A DNA stretch of 16,511 nt from Pseudobdellovibrionaceae bacterium (GCA_044359815.1 JBIKLL010000062.1:1-16511), one strand, 5' to 3'. Shown: positions 1-7,361, counted from the first letter of the stretch. Notes: generated by a model from the letters alone, not told the origin. Numbers and translations: made by a program.

Positions 1-286
1 CTTGGTTAAATTAAATGACACAATACGAGAGATGAGCTTGCGGCCGTTAGCAAGTATTCAAAAGGTATAAAAAAGAAAATTTGAAAATAAAAAATCTGGC
101 TTCTGAAAACTAATTCAGACTCAATAAAAATTGCGTTTTCACATTATGACACAACACCAGATATGCCATGCGCGCTCGCAAATGTATCCAAAAGATATAG
201 AACAAAGAAATATTTGAAAATACAAAATCATAGAAATATTTTTTAAAATTCAAATTATCTGCAGGCAAGAGCGCCAATTGTTAGAT

Positions 287-874
287 TCAAAGAGTGGTGA
301 TGTTTCCGAAGTGATCTTTGGTGGAAGTGATTGAACTATTGATCAGCCGGATGTTGCCAGAGCTGGATTCCAGCTCACTGATCACAGAATCAACTAGAAC
401 AATTGTAGTGTCTGAATCCCTCAGGCGATCTACACGGACGTTGCATAAAACCAGGCCATCATCAAATTTAGTTGCAGAGCCATTTTGGTAAAACTGTTCG
501 ATGTCGTCAATTTGGGGTTTAGGTGACAGGCGGGTTCCTTTAACAATTGCTGATCCCTGAAAAGTTCTGATTTCATCCATTGATGAATTTATTCCGACGG
601 AAATATTACCGTTGCCGTTTCTGAGTTCATCAACATTGGTGTGTGTGAAAGTGCTTAAATTATCACATAAGGATCGATAGTAGGATGCTGTAGGGACCGG
701 ACCGCCGGGTTGTTGGCTGGCTAATTCGGCAGCAGTGAAATCGCTCAGGCTTGAAAACTCGACAGAACCAATGGAAGAATCAGAAATCAAAGTGGAATCG
801 ATTTGTCCGCAATTTTGAAAAAGCACAGACACAGTCAAAAAGCCCAGCAATAATAAAACCTGTTTAGATTTCAT
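287..874 (-). CDS. Putative lipoprotein with ~17-aa beta-solenoid-like repeats
   Basis: 195-aa ORF. Basic N-terminus, hydrophobic stretch and LFQN-C lipobox (MKSKQVLLLLGFLTVSVLFQNCG), then a Ser-rich linker. Repeated units follow: NVRVDRLRDSDTTIVLV / DSVISELESSSGNIRLI / NSSITSTKDHFGNITTL. Confidence 0.75.
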   Translation of the reverse strand: MKSKQVLLLLGFLTVSVLFQNCGQIDSTLISDSSIGSVEFSSLSDFTAAELASQQPGGPVPTASYYRSLCDNLSTFTHTNVDELRNGNGNISVGINSSMDEIRTFQGSAIVKGTRLSPKPQIDDIEQFYQNGSATKFDDGLVLCNVRVDRLRDSDTTIVLVDSVISELESSSGNIRLINSSITSTKDHFGNITTL

Positions 875-953
875 AACTCCCCGTATTTATTATATTATCA
901 TTGGAAGCAGGATCTTGGTCCTGAAATGCGTCCCTAGTGTGCAAAAAAAGCTA

Positions 954-1005
954 AATTTGCAAATTCATTGGCAAAAACTGGATGCCAATAGTCTCAAAAT
1001 GAATC
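954..1005. promoter_or_regulatory. Cluster of inverted repeats in the divergent intergenic region (candidate transcription-factor sites)
   Basis: Perfect palindrome AATTTGCAAATT at 954-965. Perfect 7-bp inverted repeat ATTGGCA-N9-TGCCAAT at 967-989. Imperfect GTCTCA-AAA-TGAATC at 991-1005. All lie between the divergent starts at 874 and 1050. Confidence 0.35.
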
Positions 1006-1049
1006 ATTTTTAATTGCTTCAAATAAAGGGATGCAGCTACCATTTATAA

Positions 1050-1859
1050 ATGGTCACCATGTCACGGCATTTGAAATTGATTACTTTTGTACTGGTAATG
1101 ACTGTGGCCTTCACTGCTCACACGCAGGATGATGATCCCAATGTCCAATCTTCTGAGGAGCAGCAGGAGCTGCAAGCTGTAGAAAAGGAATTGGAACAAA
1201 ATCTTCCAAAAGAAGTTGTAGTCCCTGAGAAAAAATATCAGGCAGCTCCCATGAAAGCTAACTTTCAAGATAAGTTTATGAACGAAGAAGAAATGCTTGA
1301 TTGGGCTGTTGTTCAAAAAAATTATTTGCCTAAAACCAGTCGGTTTCAACTATTTTTAGCCCCGTCGTTGTTACCCAGCGATGTGTTTTATAAAACCTAT
1401 GGATTTACAGCACGGGCGGGTGTGCATATGTCTGAGCGTTGGGGGGTTGAGATCAATTACACGCAGTATTGGTCAACCAAAAGCGCTGATTTGATAGATT
1501 TAGAATCTGTGCAGGGTTTAACAGCGCTTGCGGTGGCTGTTCAGAATTATATTTTTGCAGATATTTATTTCAATCAGGTTTATGGCAAGGTCGCATTGAT
1601 GGACAGGTACATTATACCATTTGAGCTCTATAATATTTTGGCAATTGGAACCATTCAAAATCAAAACAAAGAAAACCTGCCAGCGATGACCATTGGGATA
1701 GGAAATTCGTTTGCGATCAATCGATCAAATAATTTTCGTGTGGAGCTAGGATACACATTGTTTCAAGCCAAGACTTCAACAGGTGGCAAGCAGACAAATA
1801 ATTTTGTGATGTTTAATTTTGGATGGGGTCATTTGATGCCCGAGCCAACTTACAGGTAG
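1050..1859 (+). CDS. Outer-membrane beta-barrel protein, GltA/GltB/GltH-like (myxobacterial/Bdellovibrio gliding OMP family)
   Basis: Signal peptide (…AFTAHT), acidic linker and an 'AVVQKNYLPKTSRFQL' segment typical of this barrel family. Alternating amphipathic strands follow (GFTARAGVHMSERWGVEINY, YGK motif, FVMFNFGWGH). First gene of a tight operon with a GltC-like gene. The start could be 1050 or 1059. Confidence 0.75.
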   Translation: MVTMSRHLKLITFVLVMTVAFTAHTQDDDPNVQSSEEQQELQAVEKELEQNLPKEVVVPEKKYQAAPMKANFQDKFMNEEEMLDWAVVQKNYLPKTSRFQLFLAPSLLPSDVFYKTYGFTARAGVHMSERWGVEINYTQYWSTKSADLIDLESVQGLTALAVAVQNYIFADIYFNQVYGKVALMDRYIIPFELYNILAIGTIQNQNKENLPAMTIGIGNSFAINRSNNFRVELGYTLFQAKTSTGGKQTNNFVMFNFGWGHLMPEPTYR

Positions 1860-1864
1860 GATGA

Positions 1865-3556
1865 ATGATTAAAATTGCTTTCAGTTTTTTGATTGGGTTT
1901 CAGTTGATGGCGGCGCAGCCTGCTCCCAAGAAAACCTCAAAGACTAAAACAAATAAAGTCACTAAATCTGTGACCAGACCTCCGCTAAAAAAAGCAGGGA
2001 CTGTTCAACGCCCAGCTTTACCTCAATCTGGTAAAGCTGGTTCTGCAACTGTTCCTGGCAGATCAGCAGCTCCTGTTAAAAAGGTCCCAGTCAACAAAGT
2101 GCAGGCCTTGTTTCAACAAGCCCAAGAGGGATTTTCAAAACAAGATTTTTACACAGCGGCCAATAGCTATTATAAATTGGCATACAAGTCAGTGCTGTTG
2201 CCTGAAGAGCGTTTGAAGGCCCGATTTTATCTGGGAATCAGTTTGTATAAATTGGGACTTAAACAAATCGCGGCGTTTCCCTTGATACTGGTGGCAAAAG
2301 AAGCCACAGGGGATATGCATAAAAAAGCCTTGGATATTTTGGTGGGGATTTCGGCCAGTTTGAATGAACGCCAGATTTTAAATTATATTCTAGAAAAAGT
2401 CAGAACAGATGAGATTTCAGAAATTTCTCAAACGGCATTTCATTTAATCGCGGCTGACAAATACATGGCTGATCGCGATTACAATAAAGCCCTTGCAGCT
2501 GCTGAAAACGCCATTGCAACCAGAGACGACAGTTTAAAGGGGCTTTATCTGAAAGGTTTAGTGCTGTTGAAAATGGATAGAGCCAATGATGCCTTGGCAA
2601 CTTTTGAGAAAATGTACAGTCGCCTGAGCACTAAGCCGACTACGGATCCTTTAAGAGGACTGGCCGCCATATCTATGGGTAGGGCTTATTATCAGGCCAG
2701 AAGATTTGCTGAAGCCATTGAATACTACAGGATGATCCCTAAGGATCATCAGTTTTACCGAGACTCGTTATTGGAAATGTCTTGGAGCTATTTCAGATCA
2801 GCCAGATTCCGATCAGCTTTAGGGACTATCCAAACGGTACAGACTCCATTTTATGAAAATTTTTGGGATCCTGAATCCTTGGTGCTGTCATCAATCATCG
2901 GTCTGTTTGTCTGTGATTTTGCTAATGCAGAATACAGCTTAAAGACATTTGATAGACTGTATCGAGCCTCATATAATTCATTGTTAGCTGCGGCTGAGGC
3001 AAATTTTAGTCTGACCATTGCCTGGGCTGAACTGGAAAAGGCACAAAATCATTTGGCTAAAATCAAAAAAGGTGAAGAGCCCACATACAATGGCAACGTG
3101 CCATTTTTTATTTCCAGAACATTGCTGGAAGATCCTGCCATCAAAGAAAGATTAGTTTACTTAGATAAAATCCAGAAAGAGCGAGATATCTTGGACAAAC
3201 ACAAAGCCAAGCTGCCTAACGTTTACAAGTATGCCGAAGTTATATTAAAAGGCCGGGCTTCCTCAGCAAAACAACAGGCAGCTCAAGTATTTAAAAACAG
3301 ATTGCGCGAAAAATTAAACGAGCTGGCTGATTTGTCCAATCAAGTGGATTTTATCAATTATGAAGTGCTGAATTCTAAGCGATTGGTTCAGAGAGTTAAA
3401 TTGGATGCCACTAGATTTCAAAAAGACGGCTCAGATTTAGAGCGCCAAGTGTTGATTGAAAATGGCTACAGATATTGGCCTTTTGAGGGAGAGTACTGGC
3501 GTGATGAGCTGGGTAATTATCAATATTTTGGAGAAAACCGCTGTGCTAAAAACTAG
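1865..3556 (+). CDS. gltC: TPR-containing adventurous-gliding protein, GltC-like
   Basis: Signal peptide, Lys/Pro-rich low-complexity N-terminus and multiple TPR helices (ARFYLGISLYKLG, GLYLKGLVLLKMDR, ISMGRAYYQARRFAEAIEYY, LLEMSWSYF). C-terminal YWPFEGEYWRDELGNY motif is characteristic of GltC/NfsC-like proteins. SD-like AGGTAGGA just upstream. Confidence 0.7.
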   Translation: MIKIAFSFLIGFQLMAAQPAPKKTSKTKTNKVTKSVTRPPLKKAGTVQRPALPQSGKAGSATVPGRSAAPVKKVPVNKVQALFQQAQEGFSKQDFYTAANSYYKLAYKSVLLPEERLKARFYLGISLYKLGLKQIAAFPLILVAKEATGDMHKKALDILVGISASLNERQILNYILEKVRTDEISEISQTAFHLIAADKYMADRDYNKALAAAENAIATRDDSLKGLYLKGLVLLKMDRANDALATFEKMYSRLSTKPTTDPLRGLAAISMGRAYYQARRFAEAIEYYRMIPKDHQFYRDSLLEMSWSYFRSARFRSALGTIQTVQTPFYENFWDPESLVLSSIIGLFVCDFANAEYSLKTFDRLYRASYNSLLAAAEANFSLTIAWAELEKAQNHLAKIKKGEEPTYNGNVPFFISRTLLEDPAIKERLVYLDKIQKERDILDKHKAKLPNVYKYAEVILKGRASSAKQQAAQVFKNRLREKLNELADLSNQVDFINYEVLNSKRLVQRVKLDATRFQKDGSDLERQVLIENGYRYWPFEGEYWRDELGNYQYFGENRCAKN

Positions 3557-3842
3557 ATTTATTTCAATTGTAGTCAGTGTTTTTTTGGTAAGCAGTGCCT
3601 ATGCGCAGGAAAATTCTGACATTCAGGATATCCCCTTAGAGAAAACTAAAAAATCTGCGGCTCAACAGAAGAAAGTCAGATTGAATTTTGAAAACGAATT
3701 GGTGAATTCAAAATCAGAAAAGCCAGAAATTGAAAGTATTTTTCAGGGGACTAATTTTAACTATAAAAAAATGATTAAACTCAGGCAGAATTTTATACCT
3801 GAGGCCGAACGGGGACAGGAGATGTTTAATGCCTCTTACTAG
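3543..3842 (+). CDS. gltF: Small secreted gliding protein, GltF/CglF-like
   Basis: The real start is probably GTG at 3543 (GGAGA at 3530-3534), giving a clean signal peptide (…VSVFLVSSAYA|QE) and 99 aa. Motif LNFENELVNSKSEKPE…FNYKKMIKLRQNFIPE resembles the CglF pattern (DF-x-D-x-x-I-x-G…KP…F-x-x-LI-x-x-R-x-NF). Overlaps both neighbours. Confidence 0.6.
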   Translation: MLKTRFISIVVSVFLVSSAYAQENSDIQDIPLEKTKKSAAQQKKVRLNFENELVNSKSEKPEIESIFQGTNFNYKKMIKLRQNFIPEAERGQEMFNASY

Positions 3843-4539
3843 GTCTATCGGTTTAATTATTTTGTTGATTGGTCTTAATGTTCGAGCTGAAGAAGTCAAA
3901 GTCGTTATGCCCGAGGACCTGCCCAGTGAAAGTGTGGTGCCAAGGCTGGATTCACCGTGGGCAGTTCAAAACAGAAAATTAAAATTTGAAAAACGATCAG
4001 AGTTATCCCTGGGGGCCACTTGGTTTTTGGACGAGACTTGGCTTAACAACCAAGCTGCGACCTTGGATTTTACGATGAATCTTTCCAATCGATGGGGATT
4101 AGGATTTAAAATTGGCTCTTTTGCAACTGGGGGAACCACTTACGCCAATCAATATGCTGAAGCACCTTATTCTTTGAAATTTGATTTGGTGCCACAGCCA
4201 AAATTTTTCTATGGACTGACTGTGCAGGACCGATTGTTTTACGGAAAATGGAGTTTTTCGCAAGATTCAGTTTTCCCCATGGTGATTCAGGCTTTTTATG
4301 ATTTGGTACTGGTGGATTATACTGGAAAGGCTTTAACTTATTTTGCTGTGGGCTTGGCACAAAAAACTTATTTTGGTCAGACCTTTGGGATCGGCTTGGG
4401 TTACAAAGTCATGGCCAGACAAGCTATAGCTGCGACTTCGGCCAGAATAAATTCTACAGCTAATCCTGCAACCGGAGATTTTGAAGTAGTCACCAAAATC
4501 AGTCAGGGTTTGGACTTTACGCTGAATTTCTTATTTTAG
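3829..4539 (+). CDS. Second outer-membrane beta-barrel protein, GltA/GltB/GltH-like
   Basis: SD AGGAG at 3817-3821 and a signal peptide. Motifs AVQNRKLKFEKRSELSL, LSNRWGLGF and FYGKWSF parallel the 1050 protein. Ends GLDFTLNFLF (C-terminal Phe beta-signal). Confidence 0.75.
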   Translation: MPLTRSIGLIILLIGLNVRAEEVKVVMPEDLPSESVVPRLDSPWAVQNRKLKFEKRSELSLGATWFLDETWLNNQAATLDFTMNLSNRWGLGFKIGSFATGGTTYANQYAEAPYSLKFDLVPQPKFFYGLTVQDRLFYGKWSFSQDSVFPMVIQAFYDLVLVDYTGKALTYFAVGLAQKTYFGQTFGIGLGYKVMARQAIAATSARINSTANPATGDFEVVTKISQGLDFTLNFLF

Positions 4540-4968
4540 CTCAGCAGATTTCAAAGGTTCGCAAGAAACTTCAGATTCAAATTTTAACAAATGATTGAAA
4601 TACTGGATTTTGCCCGTTTTAAAATCTGAGTTTTTATTTAAATACAGCCATGTCAATTGGCCCTTGTGACCGCCCTTTAAAACAATGTCTTCGCTGCTTT
4701 GATCGTCTTCCAATAAAGGGCCAGCATTTAACAACTGCACAACATTATTTGCAGCCACTGTGGTTACGGTCACGGGGTTAAAGTTTTCAGGAAGCGTAGA
4801 CTGGTTTAAAGAATCTTGGAAAAAATAGACTATAAATTGAATGGATTCTTTATTTGTTAAATTTTTGTCTTCGTAAGTGCATTCGCGAACCATCAGCTTT
4901 GTTTTGGCAATGGCTGGAATCTGAAACAGAATTACAGCAGATAAAATCAGTTTAAAAAATATTTTCAT
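4531..4968 (-). CDS. Small secreted hypothetical protein with one N-terminal and one C-terminal Cys
   Basis: 145 aa, SD AAGGAA upstream, signal peptide (MKIFFKLILSAVILFQIPAIA). Beta-rich sequence with only two cysteines (VREC, VSCEP). Starts 25 bp after the stop of the lysozyme-like gene. Confidence 0.7.
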   Translation of the reverse strand: MKIFFKLILSAVILFQIPAIAKTKLMVRECTYEDKNLTNKESIQFIVYFFQDSLNQSTLPENFNPVTVTTVAANNVVQLLNAGPLLEDDQSSEDIVLKGGHKGQLTWLYLNKNSDFKTGKIQYFNHLLKFESEVSCEPLKSAELK

Positions 4969-4993
4969 ATGTATTCCTTTGCTAAATCCTTAA

Positions 4994-5917
4994 CTAAAAC
5001 AGCAATTGTTCAGGTTGTGACTCAAGCAATGCCAGTAACTGCAGATAGCTTTTGAGCTCACGGTTGTACCCTAACTTATGTGGTTTGGGAGGATTTTTTT
5101 TGTCATACAACTTTCTAACCCTGCCGTTGTACAAATAACTGATATAGTCATAAATATTGTTGTTATTTATGTACTTCAGCTGAAAGTCGTCTGAATTTTT
5201 AGAAGAAGTCACTCTGCGCTTTAGCTCAATTAAGGTTTCTGCCAAAAATCCTACTGTTGCAATGGCCGAGTTGGTTGGGTTATCCAGTGAATCTTTGGTT
5301 ATTTTATAATGGGCCTGAATCAGGGCTGGCACTGTTTTTATCTGGGTCAATCCTGAACTCAGAGGTTCCAGCAAGGGATCAATGGTGCCATCAAATCTTT
5401 GCGCCATTCTGGCCGCGCGCACACACCATCTGCAAACGGATTTAAGCTGGTATCTTTCGCCGGTTCCAAAATCAGTTTCCCTGCCCAAAATCGCAAAGGC
5501 CATCATTGCTAGTTTGTTGTATTCAACATTATTAAGTTTATAAAGTGATGAAATTTTTTGTTTGTGGTTGGACAAGGCTGTCAGAAATTCAGAAACAATG
5601 GGGGTATTGAATCTGTCGTCTTTGACTAGCAATCTGAGACCTGTGATGACTTTACCCTCTTGGCCAAAGGCCGTCGCAGTGGGTTCAGATTCGATAAAAT
5701 ACCCAGGATAATCATCAGCCAGATCATTTTTGGGGACTTTCAACGGCTCAGTGAACCCCATGTTCTGAAAATAATTAAGTTCTCGTTGATAACGTTCTTG
5801 AGGGATTAAAAAATCTGTCACTGTCGTTGGAGAGCTGGAAAATAGAAAACTGCTGGGGGCTGAATAGGCCCAGGGACTGACTGCCAACATTAATAATGCC
5901 AATAAGGATTTAAACAT
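4994..5917 (-). CDS. Secreted lysozyme-like / lytic transglycosylase-like protein
   Basis: SD GGAGA and a signal peptide. Ordered lysozyme-superfamily motifs: helix ending AILGRETDFG (putative catalytic E147), SSGLTQIK (GLMQ-like), L-D-N-P-T-N-S-A-I-A (L-x-D-P-x-x-N-I-like) and YLYNG (AYNAG-like). Confidence 0.6.
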   Translation of the reverse strand: MFKSLLALLMLAVSPWAYSAPSSFLFSSSPTTVTDFLIPQERYQRELNYFQNMGFTEPLKVPKNDLADDYPGYFIESEPTATAFGQEGKVITGLRLLVKDDRFNTPIVSEFLTALSNHKQKISSLYKLNNVEYNKLAMMAFAILGRETDFGTGERYQLKSVCRWCVRAARMAQRFDGTIDPLLEPLSSGLTQIKTVPALIQAHYKITKDSLDNPTNSAIATVGFLAETLIELKRRVTSSKNSDDFQLKYINNNNIYDYISYLYNGRVRKLYDKKNPPKPHKLGYNRELKSYLQLLALLESQPEQLLF

Positions 5918-5938
5918 GATTTCTCCGAGCCTTAAAAA

Positions 5939-5954
5939 TGCAATAGTAGGACCT
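5939..5954 (-). promoter_or_regulatory. Candidate sigma-54 (-24/-12) promoter for the lysozyme-like gene
   Basis: The minus strand reads AGGTCCTACTATTGCA, i.e. GG-N10-GC with a TTGCA -12 box. It sits about 22 nt upstream of the start codon, just ahead of the SD. The -24 box deviates from TGGCAC. Confidence 0.35.
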
Positions 5955-6152
5955 GGTTGCTGCCGTTATAGACTAATGGCTGTGTCAATGATGTGGACAA
6001 GGTGCCCCTTTCTGGAGCTGGTAATCGGGTCATTGGAACAATGCTTTACGGGTCAGAAAAATCACTGCCGACAGCCGTGGGCAAATACATAATGCGACTA
6101 AAAGCCAGCGGGTTTTTTGTGTTGAAACTCAGCCATCGACCGATAAGAGTTT

Positions 6153-7361
6153 ATGGGCAGAAAACGGAATTTTGCACCCTCATCTCATCTGAAAAATGTG
6201 ACCTACGAAATCCGTGGGCCTATCGATAAAAGAGCTCAAGAACTGGAAAAACAAGGTAAAGAAATCGTAAAACTAAACATTGGCAATCCGGCGTTGTTTG
6301 GCTTTAAGGCACCAGAAACCATGATCCAGGCTGTGATGGAAAATCTGTCACAATGCTCGGGGTATTCAGTTTCCCGCGGGATATTTCCAGCCCGAGAAGC
6401 TATCGTTATGGAAGCTCAGAATAAAGGGATTCCCAATGTCCATGTTGATGATGTGTTTTTAGGAAATGGAGTTTCTGAATTAATAATGATGGGGATGGAG
6501 GCATTGCTTGAAGAAGGCGATCAGGTTCTGCTGCCAGCACCAGATTACCCATTGTGGTCTGCGGCTGTGGTGATTAATAAAGCCGTTCCAATTTACTACG
6601 ATTGTTTAAAGGGTGACCCCGATGTAGCTGAGCTGGAAAAACTGTTAACCGACAAAACCAGAGCCATCGTGTTGATTAATCCCAACAACCCTATGGGTGC
6701 CGTGTATTCTGAGGAAACTATTAAAAAAATCGCAGCCTTTGCGGAAAAAAATCAGCTGATAGTATTTTCAGATGAAATTTATGATCGCATTCTGTACGCA
6801 GGTGCCGTGCACACACCCATTGCGAAACACTGCAAGCAAACTCTGTGTGTGACCTTGAATGGCCTGTCAAAAGTTTATCGAGCGGCAGGACTCAGAGTGG
6901 GCTGGGCTGTTTTTAGTGGTGATAAATCAGATGCAAAAAATTATCTGCAGGCCATGGAGTTGCTTTGCAGTATGAGGCTTTGTTCAAATGTGCCAGGCCA
7001 GTGGGCGGTGCAAACGGCCTTAGGCGGCAAGCAAAGCATTTACGATTTAACTGCTGACAGCGGTCGTTTGGGTAAACAGCGAAATACTTTAAATGCTCTG
7101 ATTTCTGGATCCCATTTTTTATCACACATTGAACCAAAAGGTGCCATGTATGGCTTTATCCGAGTCAACAATATCCCTAAATTTAATGATCGCAAATTTG
7201 CAATGCAGTTGCTGGAAGAAAAAAATGTTCTAGTGGTGCCTGGCAGCAGTTTTCATGTTCAAGATCCCAATTACTTTAGGGTGACGTTTTTGCCAGATAG
7301 CGAAACATTGACTGACGTGTTTGCCAGAATTGAATCTTTATTAAGTAATTTAAAAACTTGA
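6153..7361 (+). CDS. alaA: PLP-dependent class I/II aminotransferase, AlaA (glutamate-pyruvate aminotransferase) family
   Basis: 402 aa with AlaA/YfbQ signatures: S-x-x-L-x-NV-x-YEIRGP, LNIGNPA-x-FGF, GNGVSELI-x-M, PAPDYPLWSAAV, INPNNP-x-GAVY, DEIYD, NGLSK-x-YR-x-x-G-x-R-x-GW (PLP lysine), SMRLCSNVP-x-Q, FRVTFLP. Confidence 0.92.
   Translation: MGRKRNFAPSSHLKNVTYEIRGPIDKRAQELEKQGKEIVKLNIGNPALFGFKAPETMIQAVMENLSQCSGYSVSRGIFPAREAIVMEAQNKGIPNVHVDDVFLGNGVSELIMMGMEALLEEGDQVLLPAPDYPLWSAAVVINKAVPIYYDCLKGDPDVAELEKLLTDKTRAIVLINPNNPMGAVYSEETIKKIAAFAEKNQLIVFSDEIYDRILYAGAVHTPIAKHCKQTLCVTLNGLSKVYRAAGLRVGWAVFSGDKSDAKNYLQAMELLCSMRLCSNVPGQWAVQTALGGKQSIYDLTADSGRLGKQRNTLNALISGSHFLSHIEPKGAMYGFIRVNNIPKFNDRKFAMQLLEEKNVLVVPGSSFHVQDPNYFRVTFLPDSETLTDVFARIESLLSNLKT

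Noticed and set aside
1..286. AT-rich stretch with a 30-codon minus-strand ORF (MILYFQIFLCSISFGYICERAWHIWCCVIM, start 231)
   Set aside because: No SD or recognisable motif, and no tRNA, repeat or terminator pattern. Most likely intergenic DNA for a gene outside the window.
1062..1349. 95-aa minus-strand ORF
   Set aside because: Antisense shadow of the beta-barrel gene; its F/L-rich composition mirrors the Glu/Gln/Lys codons on the coding strand.
2400..2600. 66-aa minus-strand ORF
   Set aside because: Lies wholly antisense within the GltC-like gene and has no motifs.
3456..3542. Upstream extension of the GltF-like ORF
   Set aside because: Overlaps the conserved GltC C-terminal motif. GTG 3543 has an SD and gives a proper signal peptide.
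3714..4360. Minus-strand ORFs 3714-3899 and 4106-4360
   Set aside because: Antisense to well-supported operon genes, with no protein-like features.
5257..5445. 62-aa plus-strand ORF
   Set aside because: Antisense to the catalytic core of the lysozyme-like gene.
5993..6229. 78-aa plus-strand ORF overlapping the alaA start
   Set aside because: GTG start without SD, 77-nt out-of-frame overlap with the conserved alaA N-terminus and no recognisable features. Cannot be fully excluded but is unsupported.
6913..7137. 74-aa minus-strand ORF
   Set aside because: Antisense shadow within alaA.
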